64,000 bases of DNA. Source: a virus (Duplodnaviria > Caudoviricetes). The stretch lies in IMG/VR virus record IMGVR_UViG_3300032030_000024, positions 1 through 64,000 of that record; one strand, 5' to 3'. Position 1 is the stretch's first letter. Each line of letters begins with the position of its first letter. A program made the position numbers and the translations under genes. A model generated the notes under the pieces. That model saw only the letters and a list, made by a program, of their open reading frames with translations. It did no database searches and was not told the DNA's origin. Positions 6,704 through 16,354 of the stretch are shown piece after piece.

Positions 6704-9091
6704 CTATAGAAAATCCGAAAGTATCTGCGAGTCGGATGCTCCACCGATAAGGCTCCCACGCTCCACAATTCCCGTTAGGCAGTCGCAGTTTGATACAAGT
6801 ATTCCGTTTGCATAAAAACAACCGACATCTTCAACGGTGATATTATACACGTCCTTTAGGGTGGAGGTTTTTGTATGTTGTGCTACATGAATGGGAACAG
6901 AATTTGCGGTCTGGGCGACTTGGTTTCGCCTTTCCGTATTTAAATTCTTTTCCACATTGTATGCAAACTGCTGTGTATGTAGGTTGGTGATAATAGTACA
7001 TTTCGCAGCACTTGTCGCTACAGAAGCTTGCATCCGTGTAGACAGATAAGAAACCACGTCCACAATACCTGCAAATACTGACCTTTTTCTTTTTTTTGCA
7101 ATGTGCGTGTACTTTATGCCATGCTCTCCCCTCTTCACTTCTGTGCCATTCCGTTGCAGCAGCACATCTTTCGTATTGATGCACAGCCATCTTCTCGCGG
7201 TATTCAGGATCTTGCCACCTCTTCTTGCCATGTTCCGATAAGTGTTGCTTAATCGGTAAACACTCCAAATTGCTGATGTCGTTATTAAAAGTATTGCCGT
7301 CCTTGTGATGAATGCAGCAGTCTTTAGGTACTTCCCGTCCATTATAAAACTCCCACACAGCGACATGCAGGCTCTTAGCACCTTTTCGTCCTTCGTTGCT
7401 CTTTGACTGACTGAGATAATACCTTCCCTTCCCCATAAGACGGTATTCGATTCCGTTGAAAGTAATAATCTGTTTAACCTCCATTTCATCTGCTCTTTAA
7501 ATCCGTACAAAGATAAAGCTTTTTCATCACACTTGCAAATTTCTTTAAACTCTTTAGCATTGAAAACACGATGTCCTTCTGTGGCAGTCAAACCAAAACG
7601 TTTTATAACATTTTTATGGCCTGTTTTCCCACTTGCAAGTACTTTTCGCAAGCCAAAAGGAGTAATAACATAATCTCCAACCTTGACATTTTCTATGTTC
7701 TTGTTACCCCATAAAGTAGCGACTTTAGTACCTGCTACAAAACAATGGTCGTCGTGAGCATTGTTTCCCTCCTTTCGGTAGGACTTCACTCCGCTGGCAA
7801 ACTCCGGCCACCTGCGTTCCCAATTCGACGGAAAGATTATCATGTTGTTCACCTCTGCCGACCGTTGGAAGATGCGTACCTGCTTGTTCTTCGTCTGCGT
7901 AAAAGGCAAGAAGGTGGTCTTTGCGTTGCCATACTCACGGCACAGCCTTTCCACGTTCCTTCCAAACGTCCTGCCACCGTTGTTGCTCTCGATGGCACAG
8001 TAGCGCACCTCGTCCTTCGACAGCATCTGCGCTTCTGCCTGTTCCGTGTATTCCATCGACTTCTTCGTAAACAAAATATCAATGATATAATAGCCGTCCT
8101 TCATGGCGAGGTAGTCGATGGAACAGAGGTAATCAGCTCCCGTGTCTGCCGTGTCGGTATAGTTGCAGACCACTCCAAGGCGTTTGTTCGGCAGTATGTC
8201 GTAGGTCTTGAACGGGTGCTCGTACATCAGGCCTTCCATCGGGGTCGGGTTTTGCATGTACTGAGTCTCAAAGACAAAGCTGTTGGCGTTGTTTATCTTG
8301 TCAAGTTCCTCTACGGTGAACTTGTACGGCCACAAGGACTGTCGCTCACCGTTCTTATCTACAGATATGGCTGGCAGGGAAATCACCCTCCAATCGTCTG
8401 GCTCCACCTCCTGCAAATAGCCGCAAAGGTCATGCTCATGCAATCGCTGCATGATGATGACAATAGGCGTGTTGCGGGAATTGACACGGTTACGGATGGT
8501 TGTCTCAAAGCGGCGGTTCACGCGCTCACGCACCACGTCCGACAGGGCATCCTCTGGCTTGATGGGGTCGTCGATGACAATAGCACCGCTGAAACGGTAC
8601 GGTTCCCCCTCTTTTTCGACGAGACCTGCACCGAAGCCTGTAATCTGGCCGAGCGTAGAAGTGGCGTAAAGCCCGCCTCCCTGGTCGGTGTCCCACTGGC
8701 TCTTCATGTTCTTTCCGTATGTGATGCGGGTGGGGTAGAGTGACCTATAAGCCTCAGACTGCACTATCTGCTTAACGGCGATAGAGTTGTCCTGTGCGAG
8801 GTTTGCAGAGTAGGAAAGGTGGATGAAACGGGAAGCAGGATTGACCGCCAAGCCCATAGCGATGAAGTTCTTGACGGCAATCTCTGTTTTGCCCGACCTC
8901 GGAAAAATGTTGATGATGAGCTTGTTGCACTTGCCGTTGAGCACGTCATCGAGCGCATCACAGATGAGCTTATGGTGTCCACCTATGATGAACTTCATGT
9001 CGTGCCCTTCCTTGAAGAAGTAGCGTGTGAAGTTGAGCGAGCTTTTCAGCGTCCACGCCCGCAGGATGTCGGTGTCGTACAGTTCAGCCAT
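6704..9091 (-). CDS. terL: terminase large subunit, intein-containing
   Basis: Walker A PRSGKT, IVIDDP, IMQRLHE, YMQNP, IESNNGG; the joined extein reads HDDH-CDCLTG. Confidence 0.93.
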   Translation of the reverse strand: MAELYDTDILRAWTLKSSLNFTRYFFKEGHDMKFIIGGHHKLICDALDDVLNGKCNKLIINIFPRSGKTEIAVKNFIAMGLAVNPASRFIHLSYSANLAQDNSIAVKQIVQSEAYRSLYPTRITYGKNMKSQWDTDQGGGLYATSTLGQITGFGAGLVEKEGEPYRFSGAIVIDDPIKPEDALSDVVRERVNRRFETTIRNRVNSRNTPIVIIMQRLHEHDLCGYLQEVEPDDWRVISLPAISVDKNGERQSLWPYKFTVEELDKINNANSFVFETQYMQNPTPMEGLMYEHPFKTYDILPNKRLGVVCNYTDTADTGADYLCSIDYLAMKDGYYIIDILFTKKSMEYTEQAEAQMLSKDEVRYCAIESNNGGRTFGRNVERLCREYGNAKTTFLPFTQTKNKQVRIFQRSAEVNNMIIFPSNWERRWPEFASGVKSYRKEGNNAHDDHCFVAGTKVATLWGNKNIENVKVGDYVITPFGLRKVLASGKTGHKNVIKRFGLTATEGHRVFNAKEFKEICKCDEKALSLYGFKEQMKWRLNRLLLSTESNTVLWGREGIISVSQRATKDEKVLRACMSLCGSFIMDGKYLKTAAFITRTAILLITTSAIWSVYRLSNTYRNMARRGGKILNTARRWLCINTKDVLLQRNGTEVKRGEHGIKYTHIAKKRKRSVFAGIVDVVSYLSTRMQASVATSAAKCTIITNLHTQQFAYNVEKNLNTERRNQVAQTANSVPIHVAQHTKTSTLKDVYNITVEDVGCFYANGILVSNCDCLTGIVERGSLIGGASDSQILSDFL
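6788..7744 (-). mobile_element. intein in TerL (319 aa)
   Basis: starts CFVAGTKV, ends VYNITVED..FYANGILVSN followed by C. Confidence 0.9.
6843..7484 (-). CDS. HNH homing endonuclease in an alternative frame inside the TerL intein
   Basis: LHVAVWE..IHHKDGNTFNNDISNLECL HNH motif plus CxxC zinc ribbons; frame differs from terL. Confidence 0.85.
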   Translation of the reverse strand: MEVKQIITFNGIEYRLMGKGRYYLSQSKSNEGRKGAKSLHVAVWEFYNGREVPKDCCIHHKDGNTFNNDISNLECLPIKQHLSEHGKKRWQDPEYREKMAVHQYERCAAATEWHRSEEGRAWHKVHAHCKKKKKVSICRYCGRGFLSVYTDASFCSDKCCEMYYYHQPTYTAVCIQCGKEFKYGKAKPSRPDRKFCSHSCSTTYKNLHPKGRV

Positions 9092-9479
9092 CTGCTTCGC
9101 CTTCTTTCGTTTCCTCTTCTAACATCTTGTAAAACTCTGTCGTAAGCCATCCTATCAGGTATGCCCACGGTTCTGCATCCGCATCGTGGTTCACCTCACA
9201 ACGGCAAAGGATTTTGTTGGCGACGTGGAATATCTCATGTGCAATATCACCGCAGTTATCCTTATGCCTAACGAATACGCAGAAGTCGCCTTTGTCGAGG
9301 GAAGTGGTGCAGCCATTGCATCTTTTGGGGTCTTTAATATCATCCATGATGCACTTGTAGTCGTCCTCCGTAAGATACTCCTGATAATCCTCGTAGAACT
9401 TTTCCCACTCTTCAACGGTAGGCTCAACCATCATAACAACGGTTGTGAGGTATATGCGGACATCGACAATCTTAATCAT
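9084..9479 (-). CDS. hypothetical protein with HExxH motif
   Basis: IAHEIFH..AEPWAYL. Confidence 0.65.
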   Translation of the reverse strand: MIKIVDVRIYLTTVVMMVEPTVEEWEKFYEDYQEYLTEDDYKCIMDDIKDPKRCNGCTTSLDKGDFCVFVRHKDNCGDIAHEIFHVANKILCRCEVNHDADAEPWAYLIGWLTTEFYKMLEEETKEGEADG

Positions 9480-9481
9480 GC

Positions 9482-10003
9482 CTAATACTCCTCCTCAATC
9501 TTCTTCAACACTTGCTTCGCCTCTTCGGGTGTCATGGATGTTGGTGCGCCAAGACTACCACCGTTGGTTGTCACGTCCACTTCCTTCTTCACCGCTCCGA
9601 ACTGGCGGTCACGCAGCAAGTCCACGACCTTCGTGCGACCGTTCTTCATATCCATGATGGCGGCACGGGTAAGGGTGGTGAGGTACGCGGGCGAAGCGTC
9701 CGACGATCCGAGCTTGTTCAGCTCCTTGACACCAAGGGCAAGGACAAGGTTCTCGATGTAATCAACCTCGTCTATGCTCAACCCGTCAATCTCAGCGGCC
9801 TTCTTTGCCCCAAGGACGCTTTTAAGGAGTTCGGGAATCCTGTTCTTGCCCTTGGCTCCCTTCGGCCTCCCTGCGGGGTTGCCGCTCTGTCCTGGCTTGA
9901 AGCAGTGCGGGCGCAGGTCACGTTCATACTGTTCCCTGCCTTCCTCACTCAGCTGTCTGGTTCGCGCCGCTCTTGACCTTCTCTCTTTTCTTTCGTTTGC
10001 CAT
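9482..10003 (-). CDS. terminase small subunit-like protein
   Basis: FKPGQSGNPAGRPKG motif and C-terminal DVTTNG; upstream of terL. Confidence 0.75.
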   Translation of the reverse strand: MANERKERRSRAARTRQLSEEGREQYERDLRPHCFKPGQSGNPAGRPKGAKGKNRIPELLKSVLGAKKAAEIDGLSIDEVDYIENLVLALGVKELNKLGSSDASPAYLTTLTRAAIMDMKNGRTKVVDLLRDRQFGAVKKEVDVTTNGGSLGAPTSMTPEEAKQVLKKIEEEY

Positions 10004-10029
10004 AACTCATATATTTTAGTTTAACACAT

Positions 10030-10746
10030 TTATTCAAACATTTTCAGAAGTTCCTCACCCTTTGCAAACTTCGCGTCGGGTGCGATGCCCATCATGTCGC
10101 AGAAGGCTACGAAGTTGTCGTAGCTGGAAAACGACAGCGTTATGTGCGCCGCATCGTTCAGGGCATCGCGCTGCGCTATTTCCCGCGTCTTTGCCTTCCC
10201 CTCCTTCACCTTTGCCTTGTTCGCCTCGTACTCCTCAGAGCCTTTCTCTGGCACGGCCTTGGTGGGTTTCAGCATTTCACCGAAAAGGTCTGGCGTTTCC
10301 TCGCTGCCTCCCGTGGCGATATTCAGGATGTCGTCTATCTCGCTCTGGTCAAGACCTATCTCGCCAAGGTCTATCTCGTCGGCGAAGTTGGCAAGGAGGT
10401 CAAGGTTGTACGAAGTGTCGCCTGCCGCCATGTACGCCAGCTGCTGTTTCTCTTCCTGCTCGTTCATGTGTACCACCTCCACCTTCACCTCGTAGTCCGT
10501 CTCTGGAGTGCCGTCGTAGCCGTAGTACAAATCCATTGCAGATATTCTGCGATGGCCGTCAATAAGGTTTCCCGAAGTCTCGTTCCACACTATGCCACCG
10601 AGATAGCCAACCTTTTTCAGGTTTTTCTCTTGTGTTTTTATCCTGTCCTCACGGTGAATTTTTGGGTTGAGAGGGTTTTTCCGAATATCAGAACGCTTTA
10701 TTATTCGCGTCTCTGACGTTGTCAGCTGCTTCACCTTCTTTGCCAT
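10030..10746 (-). CDS. ParB/Srx-like protein
   Basis: NP..IVWNETSGNLIDGHRR. Confidence 0.8.
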   Translation of the reverse strand: MAKKVKQLTTSETRIIKRSDIRKNPLNPKIHREDRIKTQEKNLKKVGYLGGIVWNETSGNLIDGHRRISAMDLYYGYDGTPETDYEVKVEVVHMNEQEEKQQLAYMAAGDTSYNLDLLANFADEIDLGEIGLDQSEIDDILNIATGGSEETPDLFGEMLKPTKAVPEKGSEEYEANKAKVKEGKAKTREIAQRDALNDAAHITLSFSSYDNFVAFCDMMGIAPDAKFAKGEELLKMFE

Positions 10747-10837
10747 ATTCTCCTGCTTTAAAGTTCGTTACTCATATTATTTTGCTAAATCTCTTTAAAT
10801 TACGCGCCCATGACTTGCACGTCTCAAACAAATTGCT

Positions 10838-10960
10838 TATCTTTGTATCGTCATTGAAGCCGATATGACGCTAAACATCATCGGACAGGCACAGGGCTTC
10901 CGCTCATAGCGGCAAGTTGTGTAACCGAATCCAAACCTCGCTTCGGCGGGGTTTGATGCT
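10838..10960 (+). ncRNA. candidate pseudoknot sRNA, copy 1, convergent with nuclease gene
   Basis: TATCTTTG promoter, GTCAT/ATGAC stem, loop CCGAT pairs with ATCGG, second hairpin, TTCG-loop terminator. Confidence 0.6.
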
Positions 10961-10961
10961 T

Positions 10962-11522
10962 TTAATACGTCCGCACTTCACCAGACCTCTTGATGTAGTA
11001 ACCGTGATAGCCTTTCTCCGACAGCTCGTGAATCTTGTCACGGAACTTACGCCATTTCCCGTCCAACATGAACACCGTCATTTCGGCTCCCTGCTTCGTG
11101 GTGGCTTTCTCGGCGTGGGAGAGCATATACTTGGTACTCGTGCACCATTTCAGGTCGGCTGGCCTTCCGTCAATGGTGATGTCGTAGGTCTCGCCCTTCT
11201 TATCGTCCTGCCTCAGTACCACGTTGTGGCCGTCCTTCGCCAAGGCTCTCGACATGGTCTTCTCCTTGCGGTACACCTCCATGTTCTCCTTGCTCGCCAG
11301 CCCCTCGTTAGTCCTTTCCGCAAGTATGGTGAGAGACCCGCCGCCTTTGAAGGTTTCGTGGGTGTTTATGATGTCGCTTGCCTTCAGCTCCGGCAGTAGC
11401 CTGCTGCTTCGCTTTCCGCTGCGCTTGGCGGGAGAAGTTGGCAGCGGGCGCGGCAACGATTCTCTCACCGCGTTCAAGGCTCTCACGCCCCCTTCCCGTG
11501 CCACTGCTACCTCCTGTGCCAT
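10962..11522 (-). CDS. leader-bearing protein with CdiA-like (PD-D/ExK) nuclease domain
   Basis: leader MAQEVAVAREGGVRALNAV; C-terminal YDITIDGRPADLK..KQGAEMTVF. Confidence 0.7.
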   Translation of the reverse strand: MAQEVAVAREGGVRALNAVRESLPRPLPTSPAKRSGKRSSRLLPELKASDIINTHETFKGGGSLTILAERTNEGLASKENMEVYRKEKTMSRALAKDGHNVVLRQDDKKGETYDITIDGRPADLKWCTSTKYMLSHAEKATTKQGAEMTVFMLDGKWRKFRDKIHELSEKGYHGYYIKRSGEVRTY

Positions 11523-11528
11523 TGCTTA

Positions 11529-13784
11529 CTACTCAGCCCAAGCGTCCAACGTTTCCCTGTCGTAAATCTCCATTATACTTTTTTGAGACCCATCAGGCTC
11601 AATACGGAACACATCAGCATAGTTGTGCTTATGCTTTATGTAACGAGCCAATATTACAGAAACATAGTGAGGGGCAAGTTCAATCATACGGCATGTTCTA
11701 CCCAACTGTTCCGCAGCTATCAACGTAGTGCCAGAACCACCGAATCCATCAAACACAACATCACCCTTTTTTGAACTATTTTTCATCAGATAACCTACTA
11801 ACCCTACAGGTTTTTTCGTAGGGTGGTCCAAGGATTTTGTCGGTCTTTCCCAATCAATTACAGTTGACTGCTTGCGGTCAGAGTACCAGTTATGACCTGC
11901 ACCTTCCTTCCATCCGTAAAGGCAATTGTGGGTAATTATTCCGTCAGAAATATAGTGGTTGTGCTTTTCTACAGCAAGAGAATAAACCATACCTTCAAAC
12001 GGCTCAAATGTAACCGCATCAATTGATTTCCAATGAAAATTAGGAGCAGTTACACTATCACCAGTTGGAATAGGAATCTGCATTAACTCAGGAACAAGGT
12101 TACATGCATTTACTTTTGCCGTTACTCGTGTACTGAAACGCTCGTGAATGTTCTTTCTGTCAATAAGTGGGAATCTCTCTGAACGTCCAAAGTCGTGAAG
12201 TAGGCGATGAGCATTCTCCTGCATCGTTGCAAGGTCAAGGGAGCTGTAAATATTTGAAATTTGCTCTTCATTCCTTATCTTTGTATAGTCAGGATGTTTT
12301 AAACCACGCTGTACCTCCCAATGTGTATATGGAATCCCGTATTTTACTGCAAGTATCTGTTCACCTACCTGCGCATCCAAAGTGTTGTCGTATAAGTCAA
12401 GCAGCCACGCTTCATCAGCCTTTTCTTGATTAAATCGGCTTTTGAGTCCAAACTGACGAGCGTCATAGGCAACAGTATGACCTACACGCCACCAGTCGCC
12501 ACGTCTCATGATATAGGTGCAATAGCGTTTTCGGTTTTTTCCGTTAAATCTAATGCTGAACTCATGGTTATCAGTAGCGCGAGTTGTCTTTCCGTCAACG
12601 GTAACGGAATACATCAAACCGTTGTATTTCCGACTTGCAGTTTCTATGGCATAGCCACCATTACGATAGCCTTTTACTTGCCCACTGAAAGTATCAAATG
12701 TGATTACTCGGTCTTTGTTTGTCAACGCCTCAATGGGTTTAAGACCTTCCGTAGTTTGCACCATCGTACCTGCTGGTTGGCAAGGCTCATGTTTCCATTG
12801 GTAATCTTGCCTGCCCATAACGAACGAGTTTTTGTTCCATATCAGTGTCTGACGTAGTGTCATATCCCCTGCGTTCATAAGCGCAAGCCTAAAATAGTAG
12901 CTATTACTGTCAGAATGGAAAATATAATAAGTCCCACCTGGTTGCAATATTTGTTTTGCTTCTGTAAAAGCTTTTACAAGGAATTCAAGAAATCCTTCAC
13001 CAGAGAGATTGTCGTTTAGTACGAGTAAACCATCACCCTTTTCAGCACGCATACTGCCGTCAAAACCATAGTTTACCGCATAAGGAGGATCGGTCAGCCA
13101 TATGTGAGCCTGTTCTCCATTCGGAAAAAGACGTTGAACATCCTCCTGTTTTGTTGAGTCACCACAAAGCAGCAAATGCCTTCCGAGTTTCCACATCTGC
13201 CCCTCCTTGATAATCTCATCCGTCTCTATATCGTTCTGCTCGAAATCATCATCCTCCGTCACAGAACTCTCTTCCATTGGTGACACCCCTGGAGCAACGA
13301 GCGAGCCTTCCGCACCGCTGCCTTCTGCACCGCCTATAGAGCCACCGTTAGCCACATCATCCTCCAATGCCTGTCCGAGGTCGGGAAGGTCTATGGCGGC
13401 AAGTTCTATCTCGTCCATCGACCACTCGTTGAGCAGCAGCTCGAAGTCCGTCTCGCCGAAGCTGGAGTTGTCCTTCAGCACTATGCGGCGCAGCTTCTCG
13501 ATGGGGAATCCCGTATGCAGCACCTTGCAGGGCACTTCCTTGTAGCCGAGCTCCTTCATGGCACGGTAGCGCATATTGCCGCCAGCCACGACGTAGCCGA
13601 GGTCTGGGTTGCCCGTGTCATATACTATCAGCTCTCGCAGTTCGAGCATCTCAGGGTCATCCTTGATGCTCTGTACCAGTTTCTTGTACTTCTCGTCGCG
13701 TATGAAGCGCGGGTTCTTCGGCAGTCCCTTCACCTGTCCGATGTTGGGGAATACCTGTGTGATTGGCAGTTGTTCTGTGTTCAT
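11529..13784 (-). CDS. ParB-fused N6/N4 DNA methyltransferase, intein-containing
   Basis: ParB-like N-terminus (GGNMRY), TDPPY, HPTKKP, DGFGGSGTT. Confidence 0.9.
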   Translation of the reverse strand: MNTEQLPITQVFPNIGQVKGLPKNPRFIRDEKYKKLVQSIKDDPEMLELRELIVYDTGNPDLGYVVAGGNMRYRAMKELGYKEVPCKVLHTGFPIEKLRRIVLKDNSSFGETDFELLLNEWSMDEIELAAIDLPDLGQALEDDVANGGSIGGAEGSGAEGSLVAPGVSPMEESSVTEDDDFEQNDIETDEIIKEGQMWKLGRHLLLCGDSTKQEDVQRLFPNGEQAHIWLTDPPYAVNYGFDGSMRAEKGDGLLVLNDNLSGEGFLEFLVKAFTEAKQILQPGGTYYIFHSDSNSYYFRLALMNAGDMTLRQTLIWNKNSFVMGRQDYQWKHEPCQPAGTMVQTTEGLKPIEALTNKDRVITFDTFSGQVKGYRNGGYAIETASRKYNGLMYSVTVDGKTTRATDNHEFSIRFNGKNRKRYCTYIMRRGDWWRVGHTVAYDARQFGLKSRFNQEKADEAWLLDLYDNTLDAQVGEQILAVKYGIPYTHWEVQRGLKHPDYTKIRNEEQISNIYSSLDLATMQENAHRLLHDFGRSERFPLIDRKNIHERFSTRVTAKVNACNLVPELMQIPIPTGDSVTAPNFHWKSIDAVTFEPFEGMVYSLAVEKHNHYISDGIITHNCLYGWKEGAGHNWYSDRKQSTVIDWERPTKSLDHPTKKPVGLVGYLMKNSSKKGDVVFDGFGGSGTTLIAAEQLGRTCRMIELAPHYVSVILARYIKHKHNYADVFRIEPDGSQKSIMEIYDRETLDAWAE
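11925..12782 (-). mobile_element. intein in DNA methyltransferase (286 aa)
   Basis: starts CQPAGTMV, ends VYSLAVEKHNHYISDGIITHN followed by C. Confidence 0.9.
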
Positions 13785-14048
13785 ATATTTGCTATCCTAA
13801 ATACTAATATGCTGCAAAGATACTAAAATATTTATTAACCAAACAGTATTTAACGAATATTTTGCATATTACGGCTTTCGGGAATAAAAATAGGGTGACA
13901 TTGCTGCCACCCTAACCAACACGGCAAAGTGATGGTCATAGTCTTGCCACGTATCGGCTGAACGTATAGTCTGTACAGCCGTCATTGGCGCAAAGGAATC
14001 TTGCCAGCACCTTCACGTCAAGTCTCTCGTTTGGTTTCGTCTTTTTCC

Positions 14049-14327
14049 TCATAGCCTTCTTAGCAGCCGCGAGCCTACCCACACGAGCCCGTCCCACAAG
14101 GCATTTCCAGCTATATTGCTGCTGAAGTCAGAAAGCCATGTCTGGCCTGATACTTTCCTGTGTATTTCGCCAATCTCCCTTTCTTGCTTCTGTAGTGCCT
14201 GTAGTATGTCGTCACGGCTCTTATCCTGCATGGTAAGCTGTACGAAGGTGCGCTTGTCCTCTGGCGACATCTTCCCGCACATATCCTCCAGCAGCTTCAT
14301 GCGTAACAGCTCACGGTAGGTGTTCAT
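14049..14327 (-). CDS. hypothetical protein
   Basis: 92-aa ORF overlapping the upstream gene's stop. Confidence 0.6.
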   Translation of the reverse strand: MNTYRELLRMKLLEDMCGKMSPEDKRTFVQLTMQDKSRDDILQALQKQEREIGEIHRKVSGQTWLSDFSSNIAGNALWDGLVWVGSRLLRRL

Positions 14328-14803
14328 AGGCTCCAGTGCCTCACATTGAAGTTCTCATCTTTGTCTGTGAGTTTGTCAACCGCGAGTTCATAGACGGCAT
14401 TAAATAGCTTGTCGCTGTCAATATACTTCTCCAATGTCTTCTTGCTATCCGACATTTCCATGTTCATGACTGCGAACAAGGCACAGCTGTTGTAGCATGG
14501 CTCATGTTCAAGCTCAAAGTCGTGCTTCTCCATCGCCGCCTTCCACTGCTCCCAGCTCCACGGTGCACTCGGAACCATGTCGCCGACAATCCTTTCGGCC
14601 TCGCGCGGTGTGAGGTAGTTCTTCCAGCGGATGCTTTCGAGCTGACTCAGGAACTCCTCTGCTTCACTTGACTTGTTGTTCACGAACCAGTAAAACATCC
14701 GTTTCAGTACCTGCCCGAAGACGTGCATGTTCTCTACCTTGTCGGAGCTTGCCATCATATTATAGAGGGCGTTGAACTCCTGTCTCATTTCTTCTGCTGT
14801 CAT
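14324..14803 (-). CDS. hypothetical protein
   Basis: 159-aa ORF in a compact operon. Confidence 0.7.
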   Translation of the reverse strand: MTAEEMRQEFNALYNMMASSDKVENMHVFGQVLKRMFYWFVNNKSSEAEEFLSQLESIRWKNYLTPREAERIVGDMVPSAPWSWEQWKAAMEKHDFELEHEPCYNSCALFAVMNMEMSDSKKTLEKYIDSDKLFNAVYELAVDKLTDKDENFNVRHWSL

Positions 14804-14908
14804 TTCTTCTTCTTTTTATTGGGTTTAACTTCCGTCTCTGCCATCTTCGTAGCTTGCACAGAGACGCTTTGCTTCGACGGACAGAACGGACATGGTGCTT
14901 GGGGCACG

Positions 14909-15244
14909 CTACGCTCCGTCATCGGCTGTATCTGCTGCTGAATAAATCTTTCCATAAATCCTACCGTATTGCTTGTCAATGAATGCGAATAACAGTTGTA
15001 GCCATGTGGCCGCATAGGAAGAGAGGAACGAAGCGGCAGTCATAGATATCATTTTCGTGGGCTCACGAAAAAGGTCAGTACAAGTCAGAAAGCCGTATGT
15101 CATCACCGCCCAGAAACTGAAGCACTTCCCGCAGTTGATAACGGGCAGCTTGTGCTTGACAATCCCCTCAATGGCGGCAATCAGACCAAGGTGGTTGGCT
15201 GTCACGCAGGAGAACACTATCATCGCCACTTCGCTCCATTCCAT
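14909..15244 (-). CDS. small membrane protein with CxxC
   Basis: hydrophobic segments; CGKCFSFW. Confidence 0.6.
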   Translation of the reverse strand: MEWSEVAMIVFSCVTANHLGLIAAIEGIVKHKLPVINCGKCFSFWAVMTYGFLTCTDLFREPTKMISMTAASFLSSYAATWLQLLFAFIDKQYGRIYGKIYSAADTADDGA

Positions 15245-15247
15245 ACA

Positions 15248-15730
15248 CTATGCTCCCGTTGCCACGTTGATACTCGTTGTAATGGCAATCTGGTTGGTGC
15301 AAGGCTTTGTGCTCTGACAACAGCCACAGCCATTGGTGTTCACGTACTGCGTGATTGGCTTTGGAGAAGCGGCCACGGTTCCGATGGTGAGCGTAGGTGA
15401 CGTAGCTGCCGAGCACGGAAGGCAAACACGCTTAGACACGTATTCCACACGGGGTGTGCAGCTGTTACACGGGCGATAAGTCACTGTGCCAGCAATCTGG
15501 CACTCCTGACAGTAAGCATCGTTGCCTACAGAGATAGGAGTTCCTACTGCTGTTGCCGTCAGTTCACATAATACGGGATGCGTCGGGTCTACCAACAGCA
15601 TCTGACGTCCGCCACATGAGTAATGGGTAAGACCGATTTCGTAGGTGGCATCGGCTGGAGTGCCACCAGGGTACGGAACGAGGAAGTCAAAAGCATCCTG
15701 TCCGTTTCTGTAACTACAATTGCAATTCAT
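15248..15730 (-). CDS. cysteine-rich beta-type protein
   Basis: many Cys, Thr/Val-rich. Confidence 0.65.
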   Translation of the reverse strand: MNCNCSYRNGQDAFDFLVPYPGGTPADATYEIGLTHYSCGGRQMLLVDPTHPVLCELTATAVGTPISVGNDAYCQECQIAGTVTYRPCNSCTPRVEYVSKRVCLPCSAATSPTLTIGTVAASPKPITQYVNTNGCGCCQSTKPCTNQIAITTSINVATGA

Positions 15731-15771
15731 AATAGTTTAGTTTTTGTGTTGTTGATTATCTTGGGGCTCTA

Positions 15772-16116
15772 TTATGCTGCGCCGTCCCCTTCCTGCGCTG
15801 TCTCGGTATTCGTCTCAGGCGCTGATGCCACGGACGCATCTTCCATAATCACCTTTTCGCCTGCGTTGGGGTCAAAGACCGTCGCCTCGCTGTCCTGAAT
15901 GGCTTCTACCTTCGCCTTCAGCTCCTCTATCGTTCCTGCCATCGCCTCCACAGATGCCCGCATCGACTGAACCATGCGCATGGTGTTGTACGTGAACTGT
16001 GCCGCACAGTACTGCCACTGTTGCCTGCGGTCGTTGATGGCACGGCAGTTAAGACAGTCGCCCGTGCACTGGAATCTCTGCTGCTGCTGTTGCTGCTGCT
16101 GTTGGGTCTGTTCCAT
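15772..16116 (-). CDS. polyQ/Cys protein
   Basis: Q9 tract, CTGDCLNC, coiled coil. Confidence 0.6.
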   Translation of the reverse strand: MEQTQQQQQQQQQRFQCTGDCLNCRAINDRRQQWQYCAAQFTYNTMRMVQSMRASVEAMAGTIEELKAKVEAIQDSEATVFDPNAGEKVIMEDASVASAPETNTETAQEGDGAA

Positions 16117-16121
16117 ATCCT

Positions 16122-16331
16122 TTATTGTTTGAAAAACCTGATTATCTGACTTAATACGAATGGGCTGTCACTAAGCCTTGACACCGCCTCCGCTATCTTG
16201 TCGCCAGAGACCATCGCCCCGTGCTGCCCGATGATGTTGATGAACTGTATGACGGCTTTCCGTCCGCGTTCCGCTTCCTCGTCTGAATCTGCGTATATCT
16301 TCAGACTGATTTCCCTTGTTCCCTTTACCAT
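16122..16331 (-). CDS. hypothetical protein
   Basis: 69-aa ORF in operon. Confidence 0.55.
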   Translation of the reverse strand: MVKGTREISLKIYADSDEEAERGRKAVIQFINIIGQHGAMVSGDKIAEAVSRLSDSPFVLSQIIRFFKQ

Positions 16332-16354
16332 ACTCTTGCCGTGTTACTTGTTAG

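Noticed and set aside
7745-8743. Long antisense ORFs (also 37013-38107, 104-898 and others)
   Set aside because: Shadow frames of GC3-rich genes with no motifs
13272-13282. Self-targeting by spacers: 11-nt match to spacer C3 here, 11 nt to A2 at 59363, 10 nt to C4 at 53253
   Set aside because: Matches this short can arise by chance in 128 kb of both strands, and the flanks share no clear PAM; no full protospacer seen by eye
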